Position numbers and translations under genes: made by a program. Positions 54,761 to 63,252 of a DNA stretch of 64,000 bases are shown piece by piece. The stretch covers positions 4,560 to 68,559 of the forward strand of contig NZ_CALAOH010000127.1 of NCBI RefSeq assembly GCF_937926365.1, read 5' to 3'. The notes beneath the pieces were generated by a model. The model was not told where the DNA came from, did no database searches, and saw only the letters and a program-made list of their open reading frames with translations. The stretch's first letter is position 1, and each line of letters starts with the position of its first letter. This DNA is from an uncultured Azohydromonas sp. GTDB taxonomy: Bacteria > Pseudomonadota > Gammaproteobacteria > Burkholderiales > Burkholderiaceae_C.

Positions 54761-56485
54761 ATGAGCTTTGAGGTGGACATCGGGCACGCGAGCCGCCGCG
54801 GCCTCAGGGATGTCAACGAGGATTTCGCCGGCGCGCTGCGCGAGAAGCGCGGCCTGGTGGCGGCGATCGCCGACGGCGTGTCCAGCGGCGGCGGCGGGCG
54901 CGAGGCGGCGCAGACCAGCGTGATGGGGCTGCTGTCGGACTTCTTCGCCGCGCCGCCCACCTGGGACACCACCGTGGTGCTGGACCGCCTCATCGCGGCG
55001 CAGAACAGCTGGCTCGTGGCCGTGAACCGCCAGCGCCAGCTCGGCGGCGGCTGGCACCGGCGCGAGGCCGGCCGCGTGGACGAGCCCGCCACGGCGCTGA
55101 CCACGCTCACCGCGCTGGCGCTGGAGGGCCGCGGCTACACCGTGGCGCACGTGGGCGACACGCGCGCCTGGCTGCTCAGCGGCGGCGAGCTCGCGCCGCT
55201 GACGCAGGACCATGCCTTCGAGCATCCCGACCAGCGCAGCCGCCTCACCCGCGCCGTGGGCCTGGACGAGGCGCTGAGCGTGGACTACGCGCAGGGTCTG
55301 CTGCGCGTGGGCGACGTGTTCGTGCTCACCACCGACGGCGTGCACGGCGTGCTCAAGCGCGCGCGGCTGGCGGCGCTGGCCGCCCAGGGCACGGCCCAGG
55401 AGGCGAGCGAGGCCATCGTCGAGGCCGCCATCGCCGCCGGCAGCCGCGACAACGCCAGCGCGCTGGTGGTGCGGGTGCTGGGGCTGGACGCTGGCCGGCT
55501 GGAGGACGAGCTCGCCCGCAGCCGCCAGTTGCCCGCGCCCGGCAAGCTCAAGGTGGGCGACCGGCTCGACGGCTTCACCATCACGGCGCTGGTGGCCGAC
55601 AACGGCGTGCACCGCCTCTACCAGGCGCGCGGCCCGCGGGGCGCGCTGGCGGCGATCAAGACGCTGCACGAGGCCCGCGCCAGTGACCCCGAGGAGCGCG
55701 CCATGCTCGCCCACGAGGCCTGGCTGGGCCTGCGCCTGGCCGAGGCCGGGGCGCCGGGCTTCATCCGCGTGCACGAGGTGACGGACGCCACGGCGCTCTA
55801 CACCGCGTTCGACTGGCATGCCGGACGCACCCTGGAGCAGCTGCTCAAGGAAGGGCATCGCTTCAGCGTGGACGAGGTGGTGCGCGGCGCCATCGCCGTC
55901 ACCCGCGCCGTGGGCCGGCTGCACCGGCTGGGCGTGGTGCACCGCGACCTCAAGCCGGGCAACCTGCACCTGGGCGATGACGGCCAGTGGCGGCTGCTGG
56001 ACCTGGGCACCGCCGTGAGCGCGCACGCCTCGGCGGCGCAGCGCGAGCTGCACGCCGGCACGCCCAGCTTCATGAACCCCGAGCAGTGGGAAGGCGCGGC
56101 GGCCGACAGCGGCAGCGACCTCTTCGCGCTGGGCGTGACGCTGTACCAGTGGCTGACCGGCCATCTGCCCTACGGCGAGGTCGAGCCGTACCAGACCGCG
56201 CGCTTCAAGCGCGACCCCCGGCCGCTGTCGCGGCTGCGTCCGGACGTGCCGATCTGGCTGGACCACCTGGTGCTCAAGGCCGTGGCCCGCGACCCGCGCC
56301 AGCGCTTCGAGACCGCCGAGGAGCTGCTGCTGGCGCTGCAGCGCGGCGCCTCGCGCAGCATCAGCGCGCCCCTGGCCACGCCGCTGGCCGTGCGCGACCC
56401 GCTGGCGCTGTGGAAGGCGGCGCTGGCGGTGTCGCTGCTCTTCAACCTGCTGCTGGTCGTGTGGCTGCTGTTCCTGCCGCGCTGA
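54761..56485 (+). CDS. Bifunctional PP2C phosphatase / Ser-Thr kinase with C-terminal TM anchor
   Basis: NEDF, IADGV, AHVGDTR, TTDGV, DNAS; then AIK, HRDLKPGN, DLG, GTPSFMNPE, SDLFALG; hydrophobic C-terminus. Confidence 0.92.
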   Translation: MSFEVDIGHASRRGLRDVNEDFAGALREKRGLVAAIADGVSSGGGGREAAQTSVMGLLSDFFAAPPTWDTTVVLDRLIAAQNSWLVAVNRQRQLGGGWHRREAGRVDEPATALTTLTALALEGRGYTVAHVGDTRAWLLSGGELAPLTQDHAFEHPDQRSRLTRAVGLDEALSVDYAQGLLRVGDVFVLTTDGVHGVLKRARLAALAAQGTAQEASEAIVEAAIAAGSRDNASALVVRVLGLDAGRLEDELARSRQLPAPGKLKVGDRLDGFTITALVADNGVHRLYQARGPRGALAAIKTLHEARASDPEERAMLAHEAWLGLRLAEAGAPGFIRVHEVTDATALYTAFDWHAGRTLEQLLKEGHRFSVDEVVRGAIAVTRAVGRLHRLGVVHRDLKPGNLHLGDDGQWRLLDLGTAVSAHASAAQRELHAGTPSFMNPEQWEGAAADSGSDLFALGVTLYQWLTGHLPYGEVEPYQTARFKRDPRPLSRLRPDVPIWLDHLVLKAVARDPRQRFETAEELLLALQRGASRSISAPLATPLAVRDPLALWKAALAVSLLFNLLLVVWLLFLPR

Positions 56486-56514
56486 ACCCTTTTTGCTCTC
56501 CAGAACGACACATG

Positions 56515-56637
56515 CCGTTCGGGCTGAGCCCTTCGACAGGCCCAGGGCAGGCTCTGTCGAAGCCCTGGGGCCCGACTGGCGTGCAGGCCCTTCGACAAGC
56601 CTGTCCTGAGCGCCGTCGAAGGGCTCAGGGCGAACGG
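56515..56637. repeat. Nested CGTTCG-type REP-like element
   Basis: ccgttcgggctgagc...tgtcgaagcc and ccttcgacaagc...ctcagggcgaacgg arms, each containing an internal CCTTCGAC/GTCGAAGGG unit. Confidence 0.8.
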
Positions 56638-56684
56638 GGAAGAAGGGCAGGGCAGCCATGGCGCTTCCAGGTGGTCCCGGGGCC

Positions 56685-57968
56685 TCAGGCGCCGCGGCGG
56701 CGCGGCGCGGCGCGGGTAACGCGGGTGACGCGTGGCGCGGCCGGCGCCTGCTCCTGGGCGGCCACGCGGGCGCGGCCACCCTTTTCGGCCCAGGTGCGGG
56801 TCCAGCGGATCTGTACGACGCGCAGCATCACCAGCATCACCAGCGCCAGCACCGTGAAGGCCAGGAAGCCGCCGAGGTAGCTGCCCGAGTACTGCTTGGA
56901 CAGGCCCATGGCGTTGGGCAGGAAGCCGCCGCCCAGGGCGCCGACCTCGCCGATCATCGAGCCGGCCACCGCGGTGGCCAGCGGCCAACGCAGCGGCACG
57001 AGCTGGAAGAGGGCGCCGTTGCCCGCGCCCAGGGCGGCGAAGCACAGCATGAACAGCAGCGTGGTGCCAGCGAGCGAGGTGCCAGCGAAGCCGCAGGCCG
57101 TGAGCGTGGCGGCCACCAGCAGCAGCACGCCGGAGAGGGTGTTGACGCCGCCGATGCGGTCGGAGATCCAGCCTCCGAGCACGCGCACCGCCGAGCCCAT
57201 GAGGGTGGCGAGCATGGTGAGCTGGCCGGCCTCGACCTTCGTGACCTTGAACTGGTCGTAGAAATAGGTGGGCAGGAAGCTGGCCAGGCCGATGAAGCCG
57301 CCGAAGGTGACGACGTAGATCAGGCTGAAGGCCCAGCCGTCCTTCTCGAACAGGCAGCTGATGTGCTCGCGGAAGGTCTGGTGCTCGCGATCGGGCGGTT
57401 CCTTGGCGGCGAACCACATCACCGCCAGCGGCAGCAGCATGGTGGCCGCGGCCAGGCCGTACACCGTCTGCCAGCCGAACTGGGTCGCCAGCGGCGGCGC
57501 GAACAGCACGGCCAGCACGGTGCCGGAGTTGCCCGCGCCGGCGATGCCCATGGCCAGGCCCTTGTACTTGGGCGGGAACCAGCCGCTGCCCAGGCTCAGC
57601 GCCACGCCGAAGCTCGCGCCGGCGATGCCCAGCAGCACGCCCATGGCCAGCACGCCGTCATAGCTGTCCACGAACAGGAAGCCATACAGCAGCGCCAGGA
57701 CGATCAGCGACATCTCCACCATCGCCGCGTTCTTGCGCCCGATGTACTGCGCCAGCACGCCCAGCGGGAAGCGCATCAGCGCGCCGGCCAGGATTGGCAC
57801 CGACACCATGAAGCCCTTCTGCGCCGCCGACAGCCCATAGGCCTCGCTGATGAACGGACCCATGGCGCCGTTGAGCACCCACACGGCGAAGCAGAAGTCG
57901 AAATAGAGGAAGGAAGCGGCCAGCGTGGGCCAGTGCCCGGCACGGGCGAAGGTCTTGAAGCTCGACAT
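56685..57968 (-). CDS. narK: MFS nitrate/nitrite transporter (NarK/NasA family)
   Basis: GHWPTL, GASFGVAL, GLAMGIAGAGNSG nitrate signature, VTFGGFIG, GAGNGALFQLVP. Confidence 0.93.
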   Translation of the reverse strand: MSSFKTFARAGHWPTLAASFLYFDFCFAVWVLNGAMGPFISEAYGLSAAQKGFMVSVPILAGALMRFPLGVLAQYIGRKNAAMVEMSLIVLALLYGFLFVDSYDGVLAMGVLLGIAGASFGVALSLGSGWFPPKYKGLAMGIAGAGNSGTVLAVLFAPPLATQFGWQTVYGLAAATMLLPLAVMWFAAKEPPDREHQTFREHISCLFEKDGWAFSLIYVVTFGGFIGLASFLPTYFYDQFKVTKVEAGQLTMLATLMGSAVRVLGGWISDRIGGVNTLSGVLLLVAATLTACGFAGTSLAGTTLLFMLCFAALGAGNGALFQLVPLRWPLATAVAGSMIGEVGALGGGFLPNAMGLSKQYSGSYLGGFLAFTVLALVMLVMLRVVQIRWTRTWAEKGGRARVAAQEQAPAAPRVTRVTRAAPRRRGA

Positions 57969-58172
57969 CGTGGCGGGGCGCTCAGGTGCGCGGACGGGAA
58001 GGGGAAAGGAGGGCGGGCAACGACAGCGTTCTCATGTGGCTTCTCCGGAGGTTCGGCAAAGCGCCCGCGGCGGGTGCGGGCTGTGGAGCACATGCTTGGT
58101 CACGACGCTGTGGCCAGGACCGGGCGTGCGATGCCGGCGGTCCGGGTGCTGCGGTGCACCCGCGTGCAGTAC

Positions 58173-58189
58173 TGCACCATCCGTGCCAA
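58173..58189 (-). promoter_or_regulatory. Sigma54 promoter for the nitrate assimilation operon
   Basis: TTGGCACGGATGGTGCA versus consensus YTGGCACG-N4-TTGCW, about 205 nt upstream of narK. Confidence 0.75.
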
Positions 58190-58304
58190 CCCGTAGAGCC
58201 GGACGGATGTGGGGTCTGCTCTATGCTTGCGGCCCGAACGCCGCGCCCGTCGCGGCGCTTGCATTTCTCTCCCTGTATGGCCGGCCGCGGTGCCGGTTCG
58301 CTGC

Positions 58305-59582
58305 ATGACCTCAGCCCTCGTCATCTCCGCTCCCGGCACGGGCGCGCCTCCGCTGGCCGATGAGCTCCAGGCCGCCGGCATTCACGTCCTTGGTGCCTGC
58401 GAGTGCGACAAGCTGGTGCAGCAGGCCCTCAAGCACGCACCGGACGTGGTCGTGTGCTGGGAGCCCACGCCGGCCGAGGCCGGGCTGTTCGACGCGCTGG
58501 AGCTGCTGTCGCGCACGCAACCAATGCCGGTGCTGGTGTTCACCGCCGATGCCAGCGTCGAGGGCGCGCAGCGCGCGTTGGCGCTGGGCGTGGCGGGCTG
58601 GGTGGTGCACGGCTACGCGCCCACGCGGCTGCGCCCGCTGCTGCAACTCGCGCGCGCGCGCTTCGAGCACGAGCAGCGCCTGCGCGGCGAGCGCGACGAG
58701 GCGAACCAGCGGCTGGAAGAGCGCAAGCTGGTGGACCGCGCCAAGGGCATCCTGATGCGCTCGCACGGACTGTCGGAAGACGAGGCCTTCCGCCGCCTGC
58801 GCGGCGCGGCCATGCAGGGCAAGCTGCGCGTGGGGCGGCTGTCGCAGCAGCTCATCGACGCCGCGCGCGACGCCGAGTCGCTGAATCGCAGCGGGCAGCT
58901 GCGCATGCTGTCGCAGCGCCTGGTGGCGCTGCAGGCGCTGCGCCTGGCGCCGGCGCCGGACGTGGACGCCGTGGCGCTGCAGTCCGCCGCGCGCAAGCAG
59001 ACCCAGCGCAACCTGGAGCAGCTGGGCCGCACACTGTCGGCCCCGACCCTGGGCGACCTGCTGCAGCCGCTGCAGTCGGCCTGGGTCGCACTGGAGCGCG
59101 CGCTGGATACCACGCCGCAGCTCGATGGGCTGCCGGCGCTGGACGCCGCGGCCGAGGCGTTGCTGGCCGCGGCCGAAACGCTCACGCGCGCGCTGGAGGG
59201 TGGCAGCGCGCTGCAGACGCTCTCCGCCGTGAACCTGGCCGGGCGCCAGCGCATGCTGGGCCAGCGCCTGCTCAAGCAGGTGCTGATGGGCGCGCTGCTG
59301 GCGACGCCGGCGGGCGCGCAGGCGCTGTCGCTGGCCGCGACCACGGCGCGCGAGTTCGATCAGGCGCTGCAACGGCTGCAGCAGTCGCCGCTGAGCTCGC
59401 CGGCGATCCGCATCGCGCTGGATGCCGCGGCGCGCGAGTGGCAGCGCATGCAGCAGGGCGTGCGCGAGGCCGGGCATGAGAGCGGACGCCGGCAGCTCGC
59501 GCTGGCCGCCGAGGCGCTGCTGGCGCGCTTCGAGGAGCTCACCGGCGACTACGAGCGCAGCGCGCAGATGCTGTTCGACTGA
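58305..59582 (+). CDS. ANTAR antiterminator: pseudo-receiver + ANTAR + two PilJ/NarX-like helical repeats
   Basis: LEERKLVDRAKGILM...SEDEAFRRLR ANTAR; LNRSGQLRMLSQRL and VNLAGRQRMLGQRL boxes. Confidence 0.88.
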   Translation: MTSALVISAPGTGAPPLADELQAAGIHVLGACECDKLVQQALKHAPDVVVCWEPTPAEAGLFDALELLSRTQPMPVLVFTADASVEGAQRALALGVAGWVVHGYAPTRLRPLLQLARARFEHEQRLRGERDEANQRLEERKLVDRAKGILMRSHGLSEDEAFRRLRGAAMQGKLRVGRLSQQLIDAARDAESLNRSGQLRMLSQRLVALQALRLAPAPDVDAVALQSAARKQTQRNLEQLGRTLSAPTLGDLLQPLQSAWVALERALDTTPQLDGLPALDAAAEALLAAAETLTRALEGGSALQTLSAVNLAGRQRMLGQRLLKQVLMGALLATPAGAQALSLAATTAREFDQALQRLQQSPLSSPAIRIALDAAAREWQRMQQGVREAGHESGRRQLALAAEALLARFEELTGDYERSAQMLFD

Positions 59583-59646
59583 AACCTTCCTCCCACCGCC
59601 CGGCGCGGCTTATCCTGCTCAGGCCCCAGTCTCTGCCCCGCTCAGC

Positions 59647-60672
59647 ATGTCCACCGTTCCCTCTTCCCAAGCCGAGACGACTGCTGCCGACGCGCTGTCC
59701 GATGACGCGCTGGCAGCGTTGCTGGGCCGGCTGCTGCCGGCCTGGATGGCGCGCCAGGGCATGTTGCTGGCGCTCAAGGACGCGGACAGCGGCGCCTACC
59801 TGTACGTCAACGAGGCGATGGTGCAGTGGCTGCGGTGCGACCCGGCCGCGCTGCGCGCGCAGGGCGACGCGGCACTGGAGCCGCCGCTGCCCGCACCGCT
59901 GCGTGCGGCCGAGCAGCACGCGCTGCAGCTGCCGCCGGACAAGCCGCTGCACAGCGAGCACCGCTTCGAGTGGCACGGGGCGCAGCAAGAGTTCAGCGTC
60001 TGGCGCGAGATCCGGTTGCTGCCCGATGGGCGGCGGCTGCTGTGCAGCATCTGGACCGACTTGGGGCCGCAGCGCCGCGAGCAGCAGCGGCTGCGCGAGG
60101 TGCTGCAGCAACTGGAGCAGCAGCAGCGTCTCTACAACGAGCTGTACGGCGAGGGTGGTCCGCTGGGCGCGCAGGCCGGGCTGCAGTCGCGCGCGCTGTT
60201 CGACGAGCAGCTGGAGCATGCGGTGGCGGCTGCGCACGAGGAGCACCGAGAGATTGCACTCGTGTGGGTGGCGCTGGACGCGCCGCGCGCTGAAGTCGCC
60301 GCCGCCTGGGACGACGGGGCACTGGAGAGCGTGCGTGCGACGCTGGCGCGGCTGCTGCGCGCCAACACCCGCGCCGCGGACTGGACCTGCCGCCTGGACG
60401 GCCAGCGCTTCGCGGTGCTGATGTCCAACGTGGGGCTGGCCGTGGCCTATGGGCGCATGGAGCAGCTGCGGCGCGAGTGCGCGGCGCAGATCGTGGTCAG
60501 CGGCGGGCGCGAGCTGCGCTTCAGCGTGTCCATGGGCGTGGCGAGCTGTCCGCACACCGCCGGTGAAGCGCCCGCGCTGGTGGCCGGCTGCCAGGCGGCT
60601 CTGGCCGAGGCGCAGCAGCGCGGGGGCGACCAGGTGGTGCTGGCGCGGGTGCCGTTCGCAGTGCAGGGGTGA
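59647..60672 (+). CDS. PAS-like + degenerate GGDEF protein
   Basis: YLYVNEAM PAS-like start, coiled coil, NTRAADWTCRLDGQRFAVLM, FSVSMGVA, AQQRGGDQV. Confidence 0.8.
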   Translation: MSTVPSSQAETTAADALSDDALAALLGRLLPAWMARQGMLLALKDADSGAYLYVNEAMVQWLRCDPAALRAQGDAALEPPLPAPLRAAEQHALQLPPDKPLHSEHRFEWHGAQQEFSVWREIRLLPDGRRLLCSIWTDLGPQRREQQRLREVLQQLEQQQRLYNELYGEGGPLGAQAGLQSRALFDEQLEHAVAAAHEEHREIALVWVALDAPRAEVAAAWDDGALESVRATLARLLRANTRAADWTCRLDGQRFAVLMSNVGLAVAYGRMEQLRRECAAQIVVSGGRELRFSVSMGVASCPHTAGEAPALVAGCQAALAEAQQRGGDQVVLARVPFAVQG

Positions 60673-60703
60673 GGCCGGTTCGGGCCGCCGCTGAAAAGAA
60701 TTT

Positions 60704-60730
60704 CGTCATGCCCGCGCAGGCGGGCTTCCC
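60704..60730 (+). repeat. Single CGTCAT-type REP-like unit
   Basis: cgtcatgcccgcgcaggcgggc, near-identical to 15341-15362. Confidence 0.7.
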
Positions 60731-60851
60731 CACCCCGCATCCGGCATTCGGCCCGTTGGCGTGACGGGTCTCTTTACTGCTTGCTGCCGGGCTTTCCGAT
60801 GGAGCCGCTACGGGCGCGGCAAGCTCGTTGCGCCGGCACCAACTTGCCTCG

Positions 60852-61661
60852 TCAGCTGCTCAGTCCCTTGTAGAGCATGTAGGCCGCGAGCAGGTACAGC
60901 AGGACGGCAAAGGAACGCTTGAGCTGGCGCACGTCCAGCGCGTGCGCGGCGCGCGCGCCCATGGGCGCCATGGTCACGCTGGCCAGGGCGACCACGGCCA
61001 GCGCTGGCAGGTACAGGTAGCCCAGTGCGCCGGGCAGGGCTGGCGGCAGGCCCAGGCCACCGACGAGGTAGCCCGCGGTGTTGGCGACCGCAATGGGAAA
61101 GCCCAGCGCCGCGCTGGTGGCGACCGCATGGTGGATGGGCACGTTGCAGCGGGTCATGAAGGGCACCGACACGAAGCCGCCGCCCGCGCCCACCAGGCCC
61201 GAGAGGAAGCCGATGCCGCTGCCCGCGGCGGCCTGGCCTAGGCGGCCGGGCATGTCGCGGTCCGGATGCGGCGGGCGCCCGCGCAGCATCTGCGTGGCCG
61301 AAAAGGCGACGAAGGCGGCGAAGAACAGCGCCAGCGCCTGGCCCTTGATCACGGCAAAGGCGCCCGCGCCGGCCAGCAGTCCGCCCACCACGATGCCCGG
61401 CGCCATGTTGCGCACCAGCGGCCAGCGCACCGCGCCGCGCTTGTGGTGCGCGCGCACGCTGGACAGCGAGGTGAAGACGATGGTTGTCATGGACGTGGCG
61501 ATGGCCATCTTCACCGCCATGCCCGAAGGCACGCCGCGCTGCGTCAGGATGAAGCTGAGGAAGGGCACCAGCAGCATGCCGCCGCCGATGCCCAATAGTC
61601 CCGCGAGAAAGCCGGTACAGCAGCCCAGCAGCAGCAACTCGGCCGCGAGTGAAAGGTCCAT
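60852..61661 (-). CDS. TauE/SafE (TSUP) family membrane protein
   Basis: GFLAGLLGIGGG and SGLVGAGGGFVSVP repeats, AIATS/AVATS. Confidence 0.9.
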   Translation of the reverse strand: MDLSLAAELLLLGCCTGFLAGLLGIGGGMLLVPFLSFILTQRGVPSGMAVKMAIATSMTTIVFTSLSSVRAHHKRGAVRWPLVRNMAPGIVVGGLLAGAGAFAVIKGQALALFFAAFVAFSATQMLRGRPPHPDRDMPGRLGQAAAGSGIGFLSGLVGAGGGFVSVPFMTRCNVPIHHAVATSAALGFPIAVANTAGYLVGGLGLPPALPGALGYLYLPALAVVALASVTMAPMGARAAHALDVRQLKRSFAVLLYLLAAYMLYKGLSS

Positions 61662-61770
61662 GATGCTAAGAGGCCGACGCGTCCGGCCGCTGCCGCGCAA
61701 GGGCATGCGTCGCACCAGCAGCGAGGCTGCCGGCTGCAACAGGTGCAAGACGCGGGTGAAGGAAGAGGGG

Positions 61771-61949
61771 GTGTCCGTCGCGAGCTGTGGGCCGCATTCC
61801 TGAACCCAGGGGATTCAGGTGGGTCCGGTCAGCAGGACTTCGGGTTCGTCTGACGCGAGACGATCGCGCCCGTCCAGCAATTTTCCAGGCCCTTGCTCGC
61901 GAGAGCATCGGTTCAAGGAAATATAGAACCCACACGAACGCGGCGGACG
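61771..61949 (-). ncRNA. ssrS: 6S RNA
   Basis: About 180 nt downstream of zapA; ends pair (GTCCGCCGCG / CGCGACGGAC); ATATTTCCTTGAACC and GGTTCAGGA motifs; TAAAAT -10 at 61956-61961. Confidence 0.88.
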
Positions 61950-62005
61950 AGGCGAATTTTACGCCCTCGTCCGCAACGACTGCGGGATGAGGTACATCAA
62001 CCCTG

Positions 62006-62329
62006 TCAAGGCGTGCCTGAAGTCGCATCCGCAGCCAGCGCGCGGTCGATGCGCTCGATGAGCGCCTGCAACTGGGCCTCGCTCGGCGCGGTGGCCGCGG
62101 TGCCGGTTTCGCCGGGCGGCGGTGCGGCGGGGCGCTGCACGAGCTGATAGGCCAGGTTGAGCGCGGCCAACACGGCGATGCGTTCGCGCGCCTTGATGCG
62201 GCCGGCGTCGCGGATGGCCGTCATCTCGCGGTCCACCTGCGCGACGGCGGCCTGCAGCGCCTGCTCACCGCCGTCAGGGCAGCCCAGCAGGTAGCTCTGG
62301 CCGAGGATGGTGACTTCGAGCTGTTTCAT
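62006..62329 (-). CDS. zapA: Cell division protein ZapA
   Basis: VTILGQSYLLGCP, ERIAVLAALNLA; precedes 6S RNA. Confidence 0.92.
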   Translation of the reverse strand: MKQLEVTILGQSYLLGCPDGGEQALQAAVAQVDREMTAIRDAGRIKARERIAVLAALNLAYQLVQRPAAPPPGETGTAATAPSEAQLQALIERIDRALAADATSGTP

Positions 62330-62353
62330 GGCGAAAGGGGACGCGGCGGCGGA

Positions 62354-62560
62354 TCAGCCCTGGCGGGCATCGGTGGCGGAGAGCCGTTCGATGAGCACGT
62401 CGATGCGTGAGCGTGCGGCGTTCAGGCGCGAGCGCAACTGGTCGCGTTCGGCGCCGAGCTCGGCGTGCTGGCGCTGCAGTTCGGCATGGGCTTGCTGGAG
62501 CTGCTCATGGCGGCGCGCGAGCAACTCGATGCGCTCGGCAAGTTCTTCCAGGGTCGGCAT
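62354..62560 (-). CDS. ZapB-like coiled-coil protein (DUF904/TIGR02449 type)
   Basis: 68-aa heptad coiled coil ending ARSRIDVLIERL, directly upstream of zapA. Confidence 0.8.
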   Translation of the reverse strand: MPTLEELAERIELLARRHEQLQQAHAELQRQHAELGAERDQLRSRLNAARSRIDVLIERLSATDARQG

Positions 62561-62605
62561 GTTTGGGAGGGCGAGGCGAGGCCGGGGATTGTAGGCTCCG
62601 CGTCC

Positions 62606-63241
62606 TTACGATCGGCTACTCAGAAATTGATCGCAGCAGTCAGCCACCGCGCAGCGCTCGCACAGCGGGCGCCGGGCCTGACAGACGTAGCGCCCATGCA
62701 GGATCAGCCAATGGTGCGCGTCCACGCGGTAGGCCTCGGGTACGCGCCGCAGCAGTCCCTGCTCGACCTCCAGCGGCGTGCGCCCGGGCGCCAGACCGGT
62801 GCGGTTGCTGACGCGGAAGATGTGAGTGTCCACCGCCATGGTCGGCTCGCCGAAGGCGACGTTGAGCACCACGTTGGCCGTCTTGCGGCCCACGCCGGGC
62901 AGCGCCTCCAGCGCTTCGCGGCTGCGCGGCACGCGCCCGCCATGCTGCTCCAGCAGGATGCGGCTGGTGTTCCAGAGGTTCTTGGCCTTGGTGGGATAGA
63001 GCCCCACGCTGCGGATGTAGCCCGCGATGCCTTCGATGCCCAGCGCGAACATCTTGCGCGGCGTGTTGGCCACCGGGAACAGCTGCCGCGTGGCCTTGTT
63101 GACGCCCGCGTCGGTGGACTGCGCCGACAGCAGTACCGCCGCCAGCAGCTCGAACACGTTGGTGAATTCCAGCTCGGTGGTGGGCTGCGGGTTGGCGGCG
63201 CGCAGCGTGGCGAACAGCCGTTCGACGGCTTGGTCGTTCAT
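62606..63241 (-). CDS. nth: Endonuclease III
   Basis: AVLLSAQSTD, LPGVGRKTANVV HhH, VDTH, C-X6-C-X2-C-X5-C cluster. Confidence 0.97.
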   Translation of the reverse strand: MNDQAVERLFATLRAANPQPTTELEFTNVFELLAAVLLSAQSTDAGVNKATRQLFPVANTPRKMFALGIEGIAGYIRSVGLYPTKAKNLWNTSRILLEQHGGRVPRSREALEALPGVGRKTANVVLNVAFGEPTMAVDTHIFRVSNRTGLAPGRTPLEVEQGLLRRVPEAYRVDAHHWLILHGRYVCQARRPLCERCAVADCCDQFLSSRS

Positions 63242-63252
63242 GGCAGTGTCGT

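Noticed and set aside
56515..56637. CRISPR array
   Set aside because: Repeats are inverted and nested, without regular spacers or cas genes
56712..56738. 9-bp tandem repeat at the narK 3' end (RVT RVT)
   Set aside because: Short in-frame slippage in a disordered tail with no sign of function
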